Shown in pieces: positions 16,803-28,277 of a stretch of 64,000 nt of DNA. The position numbers and the translations under genes were made by a program. The DNA is from an uncultured Candidatus Saccharibacteria bacterium (GTDB lineage Bacteria; Patescibacteriota; Minisyncoccia; Phycocordibacterales; JAKAEA01), in assembly GCA_964577595.1 (NCBI GenBank), contig CAZNZK010000001.1:1434-65433 (forward strand), given 5' to 3'. Numbering within the stretch: position 1 is the first letter of the stretch; each line of letters opens with the position of its first letter. The notes beneath the pieces were generated by a model. It was given only the letters and a program-made list of their open reading frames with translations. It was not told the DNA's origin and searched no databases.

Positions 16803-19800
16803 ATGCCAACACCACAAAAAACAATGAATACTTCTTTCTCCCACACTGCCCGCGGCCGCGCCAGCGCCGCCGCTCGCGCCGAGCAGGATTTTGACTCCAT
16901 TATTCTGAAAATCGCCTCGCCGGAAAAAATCAAAGAATGGTCACGTGGGGAAGTGACCAAGCCGGAAACCATTAACTACCGCACTCAGCGCTCCGAAAAA
17001 AGCGGCCTCTTTGACGAAAAAATCTTCGGTCCGGATAAGGATTTTGAGTGTTATTGCGGTAAATATCGCGGTATTCGCTATAAAGGCATCGTCTGCGAAA
17101 AGTGCGGGGTAGAAATCACGCGCTCCATAGTGCGCCGCGAACGCATGGGCCACATTGACTTGGCTGTGCCGGTTTCGCATATCTGGTTCTTGCGCTCAAT
17201 GCCGAGCCGCATCAGTATGATTCTCGGACTCACGAGCGCCGAAGTGGAAAAAGTTATTTACTTCGCCGGCTACATTGTTACCAGCGTCAACGAGCCGGAG
17301 CGCGCCCAGATTCTTAAAGACCTGGACGCAGAATTCAAAAGTAAATCCAAGAGCTCGCAGGACGAAAAAACCAAAGATGCTCTGAAAGAAATGTATCTGC
17401 AGGCCAAAAAAGATATTGACAGCATCCAACGCGGCATTGTTTTGGATGAAGTCGCTTATCATAATTTTTCCGTAAAATACAGCACGCTCTTTGAGGCTGG
17501 TATTGGTGCCGAAGCGGTCTTCAATATTCTCCGTAATGTTGATGTTAAGAAGCTCGTCACTACGCTTGAGGCCGACCGCGAAAAAGCCGGTGCCGCCGAG
17601 CGCGAACGCATTGACAAGCGTCTTTCATTGGCTCGCTCAATGGTTTCTGCCAATATCCGCCCCGAATGGATGTTCTTGACGCGCATTCCTGTTATTCCGC
17701 CCGGTCTTCGCCCGATGGTGCCGCTTGATGGTGGTCGTTTTGCCACGTCCGACGTCAACGATCTTTACCGCCGCGTTATTAATCGCAACAATCGTCTCAA
17801 GAAACTTAAAGAAATTAATGCCCCCGAAGTCATTCTCCGCAATGAAAAGCGCATTCTCCAGGAAGCCGTTGACTCTTTAATTGACAGCTCTATTCGCCAC
17901 GGTTCCGCTTCGGCTGGCCCCACGTCTTTGGCTGCCCGTCGTGCTCTGAAATCCCTTGCCGATAACTTGAAATCTAAGCGCGGTTTGTTCCGTGCCAACC
18001 TTCTTGGTAAACGCGTTGACTATTCCGGCCGCTCCGTTATTGTTGTTGGTCCTGATCTCGCTTTAGACCAGTGTGGTTTGCCTAAGCATATGGCATTGGA
18101 ACTTTTCCGCCCATTCATTATTGCCGAGCTTTTGAAGCGCGAGCTTGCTTACAACATCCGTTCCGCCGGCCGCCTCATTGACGATGGTATTCCGGAGGTG
18201 TGGGCTATTTTGGAAGATGTTATTCGCGGCAAATATGTTCTCTTAAACCGCGCGCCTACTCTACACCGTTTGGGTATCCAGGCCTTCCGCCCTATTCTTA
18301 TTGAAGGTAATGCTATTCAGGTGCACCCACTTGTTTGCGGTGCTTTTAACGCCGACTTTGACGGTGACCAAATGGCCGTGCACGTGCCACTTTCCCGCCA
18401 AGCCCAGCTTGAAGCTTCTGAAATCATGGCTGCCAATAAAAACATCTTGAAGCCAGGTTCCGGCGACCCTACTGTTTCCGCAAAAATGCTTGATATTGTC
18501 CTTGGTTGCTACTGGGCCACAAAGATTGTTGCCGGCAAGAAAGGCGAAGGTAAAATTTTTGCCGATGCCAACAGCGCCATCACCGCTCGCGATTTTGATG
18601 AGCTTGATTTGCGCGCTAAAATTAAAATCTTGCCCGGTGAAGGGGTAAAGTACGCCGCCTTTGACGGTAAGCCTTTTGAAACATCGGTTGGCCGCTTACT
18701 CTTCAATGCCGCACTGCCTGCCGACTACCCATTCTTGAATGCCGAAATTGACCGCAAGAAAATGGGCGCTCTGGTTAACGACATTATTGATCGCTACGGC
18801 ATTGCCGCGGTGCCTGCTAACCTAGACAAAATCAAGAAATTTGGCTTCTCTTTTGCCACCGCTTCCGGCGTAACGTGGGGCATTGATGATGTGACTATCC
18901 CCGAAGGAAAAACCGCTCTCATTGAAGCCGCCCGCACTCGTGCTGAAGGCGTTGAAACGCAATATAACGATGGCCTGCTTTCCAAAGAGGAGCGCCTGCG
19001 CATGCTCATTGAGGTTTGGCAGGGTGCAAAGGGTCAAATAGAAAAACTCATTCCAGCCACGCTTGCTCCCAACGGTTCTGTTCACGACATGGTCATTTCC
19101 GGTGCTCGCGGTTCGCTTGGCCAAATTACCCAGATGGTTGGTATGAAGGGTCTTATCACCAACACTGCTGGCGACACTATTGAATTCCCAATTATCTCTT
19201 GTTCCAAGGAAGGCCTTACGCCAATTGAATACTTTATTACGACGCACGGCTCTCGTAAGGGTTTAACCGACACCGCGCTTAACACCGCTAAGGCCGGCTA
19301 CCTCACGCGCAAGCTCTTCGTTGTTGCCCAAGACACCATTATTACTGAAGACGATTGTGGCACAAAGGACGGCATTTTGGTCCATAAGGATTCTGGTTCT
19401 GGTATTGAAATCTCACTTGCTCGTGTCACGAGGGGCCGTGTGGCTGCCAGTGACATCATCGCTCCAGATGGAACGGTTCTTGCCAAGCGTGGCGCGCTTA
19501 TCAGTAAGCATGACGCTCAAAAAATTGAAGCATCCGGTGTTAAGAGTGTGCACGTGCGCTCCCCGATGACCTGTAAAACAATTGGCGGCATCTGCACTCA
19601 TTGCTATGGCTACGATCTTGGTCGTGATGCACTTATTGAAATCGGCGAAGCTGTCGGCACGGTGGCGGCCCAGGCTATCGGCGAGCCGGGTACCCAGCTC
19701 ACTATGCGTACTTTTCACGCTGGCGGTACTTCTCAAATTGGTGGCGACATTACTCAAGGTTTGCCTCGCGTTGAGGAACTCTTTGAGAAGCGTGCTCCCA

Positions 19801-20546
19801 AAAATCCCGCCGTTATCATCCGCGTAGATGGCATTGTTTCTGACATCCAAGACACCGGCAAGGAACGTCTCATCATGGTTATTCCCGACGTGCCCGCTGG
19901 TAAATCCAAGAAAGCTACTAAGGGCGACAGCGAATATGCCGCCAGTTACAACCGCGTTATCCTCGTGAAAACGGGCGACAAAGTTAAGAAGGGTGATATC
20001 GTCACCGACGGTTCTGCCGATATTGACGAAATTTTCCTCTATGCCGGCCGCGAGCGCGCGCAAGAATATATCATCAGCGAAGTGTCTCGCATCTACGAAC
20101 TCCAAGGTGAGGCTGTTTCAAGGAAGCATATGGAAGTTATTGTCCGTCAAATGTTCTCCCGTCGTCGCATCACCGAGCAGGGCGACACAAATCTTTCCGC
20201 TGGCGATATCGTAGAGCATCATCGCTTTCAACTTGAAAACATTCGCGTTAAAGAGCTTGATAAAACCGAAGCCAAAGCCGAGTCGGTGGTTATGGGTATT
20301 ACAGAAGTCTCCCTTTCCCGCAAGAGTTTCCTTTCCGCCGCTTCATTTCAGCACACCACTCGCGTGCTTATCAATGCCGCCGTTCGTGGCAATGAAGATC
20401 GTCTCGTTGGCCTCATGGAAAACGTCATTCTCGGTCGCCTCATTCCCGCCGGCACTGGTTTTCCCGGCAGTAAAAAGCAGAAAATGATTGAAGCGATAAC
20501 TCCTCTGCGGCCCGCTGTGCAGGAAGATGTTGTTGTGGAAGGGTAG
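16803..20546 (+). CDS. rpoC: DNA-directed RNA polymerase subunit beta'
   Basis: It is 1247 aa. The Zn-finger CYCGKYRGIRYKGIVCEKCG and NADFDGDQMAVHVP are present. Confidence 0.95.
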   Translation: MPTPQKTMNTSFSHTARGRASAAARAEQDFDSIILKIASPEKIKEWSRGEVTKPETINYRTQRSEKSGLFDEKIFGPDKDFECYCGKYRGIRYKGIVCEKCGVEITRSIVRRERMGHIDLAVPVSHIWFLRSMPSRISMILGLTSAEVEKVIYFAGYIVTSVNEPERAQILKDLDAEFKSKSKSSQDEKTKDALKEMYLQAKKDIDSIQRGIVLDEVAYHNFSVKYSTLFEAGIGAEAVFNILRNVDVKKLVTTLEADREKAGAAERERIDKRLSLARSMVSANIRPEWMFLTRIPVIPPGLRPMVPLDGGRFATSDVNDLYRRVINRNNRLKKLKEINAPEVILRNEKRILQEAVDSLIDSSIRHGSASAGPTSLAARRALKSLADNLKSKRGLFRANLLGKRVDYSGRSVIVVGPDLALDQCGLPKHMALELFRPFIIAELLKRELAYNIRSAGRLIDDGIPEVWAILEDVIRGKYVLLNRAPTLHRLGIQAFRPILIEGNAIQVHPLVCGAFNADFDGDQMAVHVPLSRQAQLEASEIMAANKNILKPGSGDPTVSAKMLDIVLGCYWATKIVAGKKGEGKIFADANSAITARDFDELDLRAKIKILPGEGVKYAAFDGKPFETSVGRLLFNAALPADYPFLNAEIDRKKMGALVNDIIDRYGIAAVPANLDKIKKFGFSFATASGVTWGIDDVTIPEGKTALIEAARTRAEGVETQYNDGLLSKEERLRMLIEVWQGAKGQIEKLIPATLAPNGSVHDMVISGARGSLGQITQMVGMKGLITNTAGDTIEFPIISCSKEGLTPIEYFITTHGSRKGLTDTALNTAKAGYLTRKLFVVAQDTIITEDDCGTKDGILVHKDSGSGIEISLARVTRGRVAASDIIAPDGTVLAKRGALISKHDAQKIEASGVKSVHVRSPMTCKTIGGICTHCYGYDLGRDALIEIGEAVGTVAAQAIGEPGTQLTMRTFHAGGTSQIGGDITQGLPRVEELFEKRAPKNPAVIIRVDGIVSDIQDTGKERLIMVIPDVPAGKSKKATKGDSEYAASYNRVILVKTGDKVKKGDIVTDGSADIDEIFLYAGRERAQEYIISEVSRIYELQGEAVSRKHMEVIVRQMFSRRRITEQGDTNLSAGDIVEHHRFQLENIRVKELDKTEAKAESVVMGITEVSLSRKSFLSAASFQHTTRVLINAAVRGNEDRLVGLMENVILGRLIPAGTGFPGSKKQKMIEAITPLRPAVQEDVVVEG

Positions 20547-20586
20547 GGGCTAGGCACGCTCAAAGGGTTTGGTATAATGTAAGTAC

Positions 20587-23500
20587 ATGTCATCCAAACC
20601 TTGGCTCCCTTGGACTATTTTTGCAGTGGCTATGTTTATCTTGGTTGGCATTGCCTACACCGGCATTGCCGTTCTTACACCTGCTCATACCACTCCCGCG
20701 GCAGTTATCACTGCTACCACCGCCGCTACCGCTACTCCTAAAGTTACTCCTTGCATTGGCGGCGCAAAATTTAATGTGATTACTGGCGCAGTTTGCCCCA
20801 ACGCGCCGGTTGTTCCTGCCTACACTTTTACTAAAGTTCTTGCTCCCGGTAGTGTTGGTCCTGCCGTGAAAGCGCTTCAACGACTGTTAAACAGTGATCC
20901 TGCCACGAGAATACTCGGTAAAGGCGCCGGCTCTCCCGGTAAGGAGTCAACTTATTATGGTCCTGGCACCATGTTGGCAGTGGGGAAGTTCCAATTAAAG
21001 TATCGGGCTCAAATCCTCACTTCCGTCGGGCTCAAGAAGCCTACCGGTATTGTTGGCGCTTCAACTATTAAACAACTCAACGCTGTGGAAGTCGCTATCG
21101 CGAGAGCTAAAATCTCCACGCTGGCCTCAACACTTACAACTTCTCTTGTTCCGTCTGCCCCTTTGGCCGGCGGTGTTGTCACTCAGAATCTCATTGGTGC
21201 TAATGTCGGTGGCGGGGGTTTTAGTAGCGGTGGAGGAGGTGGCGGGGGAGGTGGTTCTGGCGGTGGCGGCGGGTGTGTGGTTCCAACAATAACTTCATCA
21301 CTTTCTGCGAGTGGAAATACTGGTTCGAATTTTACTTACAACATAACTGCGAGTGGTGATCCAACCATAACCTATTCAACGGGCTCTTTGCCAGGCGGGT
21401 TGTCTTTGTCAGCGCAAACTATTTCTGGTACACCGGCAAGCGCCGGCACCCCGACGGTATCCATCACTGCCACAAACGGTTGTGGACATGATACCGAAAC
21501 ACTTTCACTCACAATTACAAGTGGTGGCGGTGGCTGTGTTTCGCCCGCAATTACCTCTTCTCTTACAGATTTTGCCACGCAAAACAGTGTTTATTCATAC
21601 ACGCTTTCGGCTGCTGGCACCGCGCCATTTACGTACACGGCTACCAATCTACCCTCTGGCGTCTCGTTCTCATCGCCGACCATTTCCGGCACGCCAACGG
21701 TGCTTGCCACAACAAACGTTTCTGTTTCTGCCACCAACGCTTGTGGTACTGACAACGAGACTCTTTCGCTCACGGTGAATCAGGCTGTGTCGTGGCAACA
21801 GAACGCTAGTGGTTTTACCGCCCTTGCTACAAGTTCCGACAGTCAGGTTATTTACGTGAGCAGTAGTAGCGGTAATGATTCAAATAATGGTCTCTCTCCT
21901 CAGGCTCCGGTGCAAACTCTTAATAAGGCACGTTCCCTGGTTCGTGACGGGTATCCCGATTGGATTTTGCTAAAGCGCGGCGACACTTTTAATTCCAGCG
22001 ACGGTGGTTCGCCCGGAGATAGCCCGTCTGTGCTTTTGCTTAACTGGGGCGGTCGGTCGGCATCGGAACCAACAGTCATTGGTGCCTACGGCACTGGTGC
22101 TCGGCCAATTCTCGATGCGTATGGAAATGCTGCGGCTATTGATATTGGTTCGCAAAATGTTAACCACATTGCCATTACCGGTCTTAATCTCACGTCTAGT
22201 CAAAGAAATCCCAATTCTCCAAACTACGCCGGAGACGGAAATGTTTCAGATAACAGTGAAGGAATATTGTGGTTAAGTTCTGCAGAAGGTGATACCGATT
22301 TACTTGTTGAAGACTGCGTCATGAGCTATTTTGATGATGCAGGCAACTTTAGTGGTTTTAACGGTGGTCGTTTAAGTAGCATTACTTTCCGACGTAATAT
22401 TGTTATGGACGACTACAATACCGGCGGCTCAGAAGGCGGCCACTCGCAGGGTGTGATTTTCGGCGGCGTTGACAATGTACTCATTGAACAGAATGTTTTT
22501 GACCATAATGGTTGGAATGAGCAGATTCCTGACGCCGGTGCCAATAGTTTTAATCAAGAGATTTATATTCAGCATGGCAATACTGGTGTTACGGTGCGGG
22601 AGAATATTATCGCTAATTCAGCTGGTGACGGTCTCCAATTGCGTTCTGGTGGCACTATGCAGGACAATATTTTTGCCGACGACCCACTCGCTGGTTTCGT
22701 AAGCGGTGGTGATGGCGCTGTCGCTGTTGATGTTCCTGTTGCCACCTCCATTATGACTGGTAACGTGGTGCTGAATGGCCTAGATATGCCAGGAGTGCTT
22801 GGCGGCCCTCGTGGCTGGGGCTTAGATGTGAATCCAAACTATGGCCCGAATCCCGTTACCGTGTTGGTAGACAATAACGTTCTTGCGCATAATACAGGAA
22901 CAGGATCTCACGGCACCTGGCTATTTAATGATATTCAGTCTCCAGAACTTGCCACTGGTATTTCCAATGTCACGGTCAGTAACAACACATATTACAACTG
23001 GTCTTCGCCATCTAACGATCTCATTATTGACCAGCCAACAGTTGGTACAAACACGCTTACCAATAATACCTTTGACGGCACAGGTTACAGTGACCCGGAT
23101 CGCACACTTGCTTCCTACAATGTAACACTCGGCGGCGCCAATTCCGACGATGCCTTTTTGGCCGCTGCAGAAAGTCGACCCACCGGCACCTGGAACGACA
23201 ACTATGGCGCCTTAGCAGCTATCAATTATGTTCGCGAGGGCTTTAATTTGTCTGATTTAGTGGCGCCGCCTTCAATATCTTTTTCTCCTGCTTCTGCTTC
23301 CGTGAATACCGGCAGTGGTACTACGCTCACGTGGTCTACTTCCGGCGCTTCCTCGTGTACGGCCAGCGGGGGTTGGTCGGGAAGCAAGGCCACTTCAGGC
23401 TCGCAAAGCACGGGCAATCTTACTAGCACTACCGCCTTTACTTTGACGTGTACGGGCACTGGCGGATCCTCCTCCGCCGGGGCAACGGTAACGGTGACTC

Positions 23501-24564
23501 AACCACTGGCCATAGACATTGCCGCTATAAGTGGAGTCGTCGTGCCATCAACAGGCGCCACGCCAACGGCAAGCATAAGCGCGACAAGTGAATACACGGC
23601 CGCTATTTCCTGGAGTCCCACCGACAATCCTTTTGCTGGGAGTACCGCGTACACTGCCACTATCACGTTAACTCCAAAATTCGGTTACACCGTAACCGGT
23701 ATTACGTCAAATTTCTTTACGGTATCTGGCGCCAGTAGTGTTACTAACTCTTCTAATTCAGGGGTTGTCACTGCAGTATTTCCTGCTACTCAAGCAGCCG
23801 CCAATCTCACGAACGGTTTGCTGGCCTACTACCCATTTGATGGTAGTGTGGCTGACACGAGCGGTAATGCCAATAACGGCACTGCAGTTGGTAGTCCCTC
23901 ATATATTACCGGTCAGCTCGGTCAAGCCATTTCTCTTGATGGTACAAGCCAGTATGTTGATACCGCCAATTATGCCGACAACCTTTCAAGTATTTCAGTC
24001 GCCGCTTGGATACAAGTGGGCACGGGTGTTTCAGGCTCATTCTTGCCAGTTGTATATAAAATGAGTAGTAGTGGTTCTTCTGGGATAGGGTGGGGTGTAA
24101 ATATTTTTCATACCCTTGGCAATTATGAAATTGGCTACTTACAACAACAAGATGGTTCAACATATAATGAATTTACCAGTCACGACGCTATTACTGATGA
24201 CGGTGGTTGGCATTTCATTGTGCTCACGCAAGGTGGTGGCCTCAATAGTGTTCCTGATATGTATATTGATGGCGCGAACGTTAGCATTGATGACCACGGT
24301 TCCACTAAAAATCTCACCACTACTTCCAACGCTCTCAATGTGCGAATCGGTGCCACTGGTAGCGGAGACAAGTTCTTCCCTGGCTCCATTGACGAGGTCC
24401 GTGTCTATAACAGAGCGCTGAATTCAGATGAAGTGTCGCAATTGTATAACCAAGGCCTGGCCTATTTCAAAACTCCCCAGCTTCAGCCTCAAACAGAAAT
24501 AGCTTCAGTGTGGCAAGCGGTGCAGGCCTGGATTAATGGATTGAAAAAACAATTCGGCTTGTAA
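20587..24564 (+). CDS. Giant (1325 aa) cell-surface protein: N-terminal signal anchor, PG_binding_1-like domain, Gly-rich linker, two Ig-like (cadherin-like) repeats, right-handed beta-helix region, further Ig-like segments, and a C-terminal concanavalin-A-like/LamG domain
   Basis: An N-terminal TM helix is present. The PG-binding motif is VKALQRLLNSDPATRILGKG...YYGPGTMLAVGKFQ. The tandem repeats are TITSSLSASGN...LSLTITSGGGGC and SPAITSSLTDF.... The beta-helix motifs include NHIAITGLNLTSS and NVFDHNGWNE. The C-terminal LamG motifs are LLAYYPFDGSVADTSGNANNG...IDEVRVYNRALNSDEVSQLY. Confidence 0.85.
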   Translation: MSSKPWLPWTIFAVAMFILVGIAYTGIAVLTPAHTTPAAVITATTAATATPKVTPCIGGAKFNVITGAVCPNAPVVPAYTFTKVLAPGSVGPAVKALQRLLNSDPATRILGKGAGSPGKESTYYGPGTMLAVGKFQLKYRAQILTSVGLKKPTGIVGASTIKQLNAVEVAIARAKISTLASTLTTSLVPSAPLAGGVVTQNLIGANVGGGGFSSGGGGGGGGGSGGGGGCVVPTITSSLSASGNTGSNFTYNITASGDPTITYSTGSLPGGLSLSAQTISGTPASAGTPTVSITATNGCGHDTETLSLTITSGGGGCVSPAITSSLTDFATQNSVYSYTLSAAGTAPFTYTATNLPSGVSFSSPTISGTPTVLATTNVSVSATNACGTDNETLSLTVNQAVSWQQNASGFTALATSSDSQVIYVSSSSGNDSNNGLSPQAPVQTLNKARSLVRDGYPDWILLKRGDTFNSSDGGSPGDSPSVLLLNWGGRSASEPTVIGAYGTGARPILDAYGNAAAIDIGSQNVNHIAITGLNLTSSQRNPNSPNYAGDGNVSDNSEGILWLSSAEGDTDLLVEDCVMSYFDDAGNFSGFNGGRLSSITFRRNIVMDDYNTGGSEGGHSQGVIFGGVDNVLIEQNVFDHNGWNEQIPDAGANSFNQEIYIQHGNTGVTVRENIIANSAGDGLQLRSGGTMQDNIFADDPLAGFVSGGDGAVAVDVPVATSIMTGNVVLNGLDMPGVLGGPRGWGLDVNPNYGPNPVTVLVDNNVLAHNTGTGSHGTWLFNDIQSPELATGISNVTVSNNTYYNWSSPSNDLIIDQPTVGTNTLTNNTFDGTGYSDPDRTLASYNVTLGGANSDDAFLAAAESRPTGTWNDNYGALAAINYVREGFNLSDLVAPPSISFSPASASVNTGSGTTLTWSTSGASSCTASGGWSGSKATSGSQSTGNLTSTTAFTLTCTGTGGSSSAGATVTVTQPLAIDIAAISGVVVPSTGATPTASISATSEYTAAISWSPTDNPFAGSTAYTATITLTPKFGYTVTGITSNFFTVSGASSVTNSSNSGVVTAVFPATQAAANLTNGLLAYYPFDGSVADTSGNANNGTAVGSPSYITGQLGQAISLDGTSQYVDTANYADNLSSISVAAWIQVGTGVSGSFLPVVYKMSSSGSSGIGWGVNIFHTLGNYEIGYLQQQDGSTYNEFTSHDAITDDGGWHFIVLTQGGGLNSVPDMYIDGANVSIDDHGSTKNLTTTSNALNVRIGATGSGDKFFPGSIDEVRVYNRALNSDEVSQLYNQGLAYFKTPQLQPQTEIASVWQAVQAWINGLKKQFGL

Positions 24565-24633
24565 GGGATTGCTCATTGCAAAACAAAAATTTTTAGGACG
24601 CAATAAGAAGAGTGGCAAAAAAGTGCTACACTG

Positions 24634-26373
24634 GTGCTGAATATGACTCCAGTAGAGCAAATTAAAAATAAGCTGAGCATCAACGATGTCGTTGGTTCCT
24701 ATATAAAAGTAGAGCGTGCGGGGGCTAATTTTAAGGCAAGATGCCCATTTCATAACGAAAAGACGCCGTCGTTTTTTATATCACCGGAGCGCGGTTCTTA
24801 TTATTGTTTTGGTTGTGGGGCTAAAGGCGATATTTTTAGTTTTGTGCAGCAGTTTGAGGGCTTAGATTTTGTGGGCGCCCTGCGCGTGTTGGCTGATAGG
24901 GCAGGGGTTACTTTGCACCGCCGCGATGCTGGAGTTGAAAGCCGCGAACGCAGTGCCCGCGAGAAACTCTATGTAGCCCATGAATACGCCACGCTTTTTT
25001 ATCAGCGCCAGTTGGCGAATAGGTCGGAAGCTTTGGAATATTTGAAAAAACGCGGCCTTACCGAAGCTACTATAAAAGAATGGCGTCTCGGCTATGCGCC
25101 AGTGGAGTGGCGAACGCTCTACGATTATCTGAAGAGTAAAAATTTCAGCGACGCCGAAATTGAAATGGCGGGCTTTGCCAAAAAATCAGAAAAAAGCGCG
25201 GGGTTTTACGACCGTTTCCGCGGCCGGGTGATGTTCCCGATTTTTGACGCGGCCGGGCGGGTCATTGCTTTTTCTGGCCGCCAACACGAAAGCGACGGTA
25301 CAGAGGCAAAATATCTCAACAGCCCGGAAACGCCGCTCTTTCAAAAATCCCACGTTCTCTATGGTTGGCATAAAGCTCGTTTGTCTATTCGCCAGAAAGG
25401 CCAAGTAGTCTTGGTTGAAGGGCAAATGGATTTGCTCGCATGTCACCAGGCCGGGCTTGTCAATACCGTAGCTACTTCCGGCACAGCGCTCACTATTGAC
25501 CATATCACGCTCATGAAGCGCCTGGCCGACAAATTAGTTATTTGTTACGACGCTGACACGGCCGGCCAAAACGCCGCGGCAAAAGGCTTCGGCCTGGCTC
25601 TGGCTGCTGGCTTGGAAGTAACTGTCGCTACCTTGCCGGCGGGGAAGGATCCGGCCGAGCTTGCCTCCGAGAGCCCGGAAAAATTAGTTACTTTTATCAA
25701 TGCCGCCCGTCATATACTAGACGTGGAGCTAGAGAGGATTTTGGTGGAGCACCCCTCAGTCCGTGAGCGCGATAGGGCCATTGAAAAAACTCTCCTTCCT
25801 CTCATAGCTCTTTTAGAAAGTCCTACCAATCAAAGTCGCTACGTGACCGAAATCGCTCACAAAGCAAGCCTCAAAGAACAGGTACTGTGGGACGAAATCA
25901 AGAAGCTGGCTTCGCGAAATGTGGTTCAAAGAAGCGCAGGGTCAGCCGCTCCAATGGGAGGCACGGCCAGTTCTCATAGTAGTCATTTAACAAAGCGTTT
26001 AGAGGTGGTAGAACGGCTTTTGTGGGGTTTGGTTTTCTTGCTCGACAACAATACCGGCAAGGAGGGCAAAAGTGGTGCCTCGCTGGACATTCGGCAAAAA
26101 ATCAGTACAATTGTGGGCACGCCTCAATTTGTTGCTCGCGAGCAAGCGGCGGCTAAAATAAAGGATGAATTGCTTTTTGAAGCCGAGGCCGCTTTTGCTT
26201 CTGGCGATGAATCAAGCTCCTTTAAGAAGGTTGGCGATGAGCTTGTAGCTGATTTTGAAGAAGAGTGGCTCCGAGAAGAGCTTGCTAGTGCCACTAGGGC
26301 CGGCCAGTCGCAGGACGTTTTAAATCAATTACTCATGCGCCTTCGTTCCGCGCATCAAAAACACCTTCAATAA
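24634..26373 (+). CDS. dnaG: DNA primase
   Basis: The Zn-ribbon is [30 protein letters not shown]. The TOPRIM motif is [17 protein letters not shown]. Confidence 0.9.
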   Translation: MLNMTPVEQIKNKLSINDVVGSYIKVERAGANFKARCPFHNEKTPSFFISPERGSYYCFGCGAKGDIFSFVQQFEGLDFVGALRVLADRAGVTLHRRDAGVESRERSAREKLYVAHEYATLFYQRQLANRSEALEYLKKRGLTEATIKEWRLGYAPVEWRTLYDYLKSKNFSDAEIEMAGFAKKSEKSAGFYDRFRGRVMFPIFDAAGRVIAFSGRQHESDGTEAKYLNSPETPLFQKSHVLYGWHKARLSIRQKGQVVLVEGQMDLLACHQAGLVNTVATSGTALTIDHITLMKRLADKLVICYDADTAGQNAAAKGFGLALAAGLEVTVATLPAGKDPAELASESPEKLVTFINAARHILDVELERILVEHPSVRERDRAIEKTLLPLIALLESPTNQSRYVTEIAHKASLKEQVLWDEIKKLASRNVVQRSAGSAAPMGGTASSHSSHLTKRLEVVERLLWGLVFLLDNNTGKEGKSGASLDIRQKISTIVGTPQFVAREQAAAKIKDELLFEAEAAFASGDESSSFKKVGDELVADFEEEWLREELASATRAGQSQDVLNQLLMRLRSAHQKHLQ

Positions 26374-26390
26374 TAATTTTTTATAAAAAC

Positions 26391-27578
26391 ATGGCCACCA
26401 AAAAAACAAAGAAAATAGTCGCCAAAAAACCCGCCAAAAAGGCGGTTAAAAAAGTCCTACACGCGAACGACGCCATAAAAACAGCTAAAAAGGGTGTGGC
26501 CAAGCTGGAAGAGATGGATCGCAAAGCCGATATGTTGGTCGGCAAAGGCAAGGAACGCGGTTTCGTCACCTACGACGAAATTTTGAAGGAATTTCCAACG
26601 GTTGAGGACGACCTCCTCTTTTTGGAGGATCTCTATGAAAAGTTCTCCACGGCTGGCGTTGATGTGTTAGAAGGTGGTGGCCTGTTAGAGGTGCCCACCG
26701 CTGAGCCTAGTGGTAAAAAGTCCTATTACAGCACCGGCGAAGGTGGTTACGATTCCATTCAAATGTATCTCAAAGAAATTGGCCAATACCCGCTGTTGAC
26801 TGCCGCTATGGAAAAAGAATTGGCTCGTCGCATTGAAAAAGGCGACGACGAGGCCCGCACTTTGCTGGCTCGCGCCAATTTGCGCTTGGTGGTCTCTATT
26901 GCTAAAAAATACGTTGGTCGCTCGCCCGATCTCACTCTTCTAGACTTGATTCAAGAGGGTAACATCGGCCTCTTTAAGGCAGTGGATAAATTTGACTGGA
27001 CCAAAGGCTTCAAGTTTTCAACCTATGCCACCTGGTGGATTCGCCAGGCCATCACCCGTGCTTTGGCCGACCAGTCCCGCACCATCCGTGTGCCGGTGCA
27101 TATGGTGGAAACTATCGCTAAATACAAGCAGGTCGTGCGTCGCCTCGCTCAGGATTTGGGCCGCGACCCTCTGCCCGAAGAAATCGCCATGGAAATGGGC
27201 TTGGAGGTGGAAAAAATCTATCAAATTGAAAAAATTGACCAGGGCGTGGTTTCGCTCCAGAGCCAAGTTGGTGATGACAGCGGCGACCGCGATTCTGAGC
27301 TTCAGGATTTTATCGCCGATGATAAAATTCTCTCACCTGATCAGGAAACCTCCCGCCGCATAGTTCAGGATCAAGTGCGCGAAATTCTCAATGATTTACC
27401 CGAAAAAGAGCGTAAAATTCTTGAATTACGGCACGGCTTAGTAGATGGCGTTCAGCACACTCTTGAAGAAGTCGGTAAAAAATTCGGTGTCACTCGCGAA
27501 CGTATCCGCCAAATAGAGGCCAAAGCTCACGAAAAAATCCGTCAGCACGAGCGCGTCAACCGCTTGAAGAATTATTAA
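26391..27578 (+). CDS. rpoD: RNA polymerase sigma factor, sigma-70 (RpoD) family
   Basis: Region 2 reads [37 protein letters not shown]. Region 4 is a C-terminal HTH. The gene follows dnaG in the conserved order. Confidence 0.9.
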   Translation: MATKKTKKIVAKKPAKKAVKKVLHANDAIKTAKKGVAKLEEMDRKADMLVGKGKERGFVTYDEILKEFPTVEDDLLFLEDLYEKFSTAGVDVLEGGGLLEVPTAEPSGKKSYYSTGEGGYDSIQMYLKEIGQYPLLTAAMEKELARRIEKGDDEARTLLARANLRLVVSIAKKYVGRSPDLTLLDLIQEGNIGLFKAVDKFDWTKGFKFSTYATWWIRQAITRALADQSRTIRVPVHMVETIAKYKQVVRRLAQDLGRDPLPEEIAMEMGLEVEKIYQIEKIDQGVVSLQSQVGDDSGDRDSELQDFIADDKILSPDQETSRRIVQDQVREILNDLPEKERKILELRHGLVDGVQHTLEEVGKKFGVTRERIRQIEAKAHEKIRQHERVNRLKNY

Positions 27579-27657
27579 TAGTGTGGTATGGTTCTTCGTT
27601 AGATACCCGTATTGTGCGGGTTGAAACTGTGGGTGCGTCTACAAAGGAGTTATACGC

Positions 27658-28170
27658 ATGATCTACCCAGTTGTCGCGGAAGTGGTGTATCTTTTTCCTG
27701 GGGCAAGCGGCAATCCACTGCTCGTTTTTCCTCCCTGGTGTTCTCTTGAGGGGGTAAAAGATTCGTTTGCCGATATGGAGCAGCCAAGTGGTTTCTTTGG
27801 CATCCACTATGAGCAGAATGGTGACGAGGCGTGGCGGGTTTTGCTCGGAGGAACGCAGTGGTATCGTGGTGCTGTCGCGACGCTTCGCGAGCACGTGGTT
27901 GTGGATAAACACACAACCATCGTCAGTCGGGATTTCAACATAGCGGTCACCATCTTCACGCCCGCGCACCCCTTCGTTCACCAAGTTCTTTCCGTGCCGC
28001 CGCCCGGGTCGGTGTGTCACCCAAATATTCTTCGCGAAAAGGCGCGCCTTAAGCACGTACCGTCTTTTGACGGTGATGAATGGCGCAGGGGCGTTTTGCT
28101 CCGGGGTTTCCCGTCCAATTTGATTGCGAATGAAATCCGCAATCGGGCTCGTCAATCACTGGCGGCCTAA
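27658..28170 (+). CDS. Hypothetical protein (170 aa) with a canonical SD
   Basis: AAAGGAG sits 8 nt upstream of the ATG. A strong + strand terminator follows immediately. The competing minus-strand ORF 27556..28155 is rejected. Confidence 0.55.
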   Translation: MIYPVVAEVVYLFPGASGNPLLVFPPWCSLEGVKDSFADMEQPSGFFGIHYEQNGDEAWRVLLGGTQWYRGAVATLREHVVVDKHTTIVSRDFNIAVTIFTPAHPFVHQVLSVPPPGSVCHPNILREKARLKHVPSFDGDEWRRGVLLRGFPSNLIANEIRNRARQSLAA

Positions 28171-28208
28171 ATCGGTTCCAGTCTTTTCAATATTGTCCTT
28201 TCTTGCCG

Positions 28209-28246
28209 GGGGCGGGTCACACTCTTGTGACCCGCCCCTTTTTTAT
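28209..28246 (+). terminator. Rho-independent terminator
   Basis: The 13-bp stem GGGGCGGGTCACA/TGTGACCCGCCCC has a CTCT loop. TTTTTTATTT follows on the + strand. Confidence 0.75.
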
Positions 28247-28277
28247 TTGGTCGAAAAGGTGGTACGATTCGCCCATC

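Noticed and set aside
27556-28155. A 199-aa minus-strand ORF overlapping the 27658..28170 plus-strand ORF
   Set aside because: The plus-strand ORF has a canonical SD (AAAGGAG-8-ATG) and is followed by a strong plus-strand terminator at 28209-28246. The minus-strand ORF has neither and runs antisense to it.
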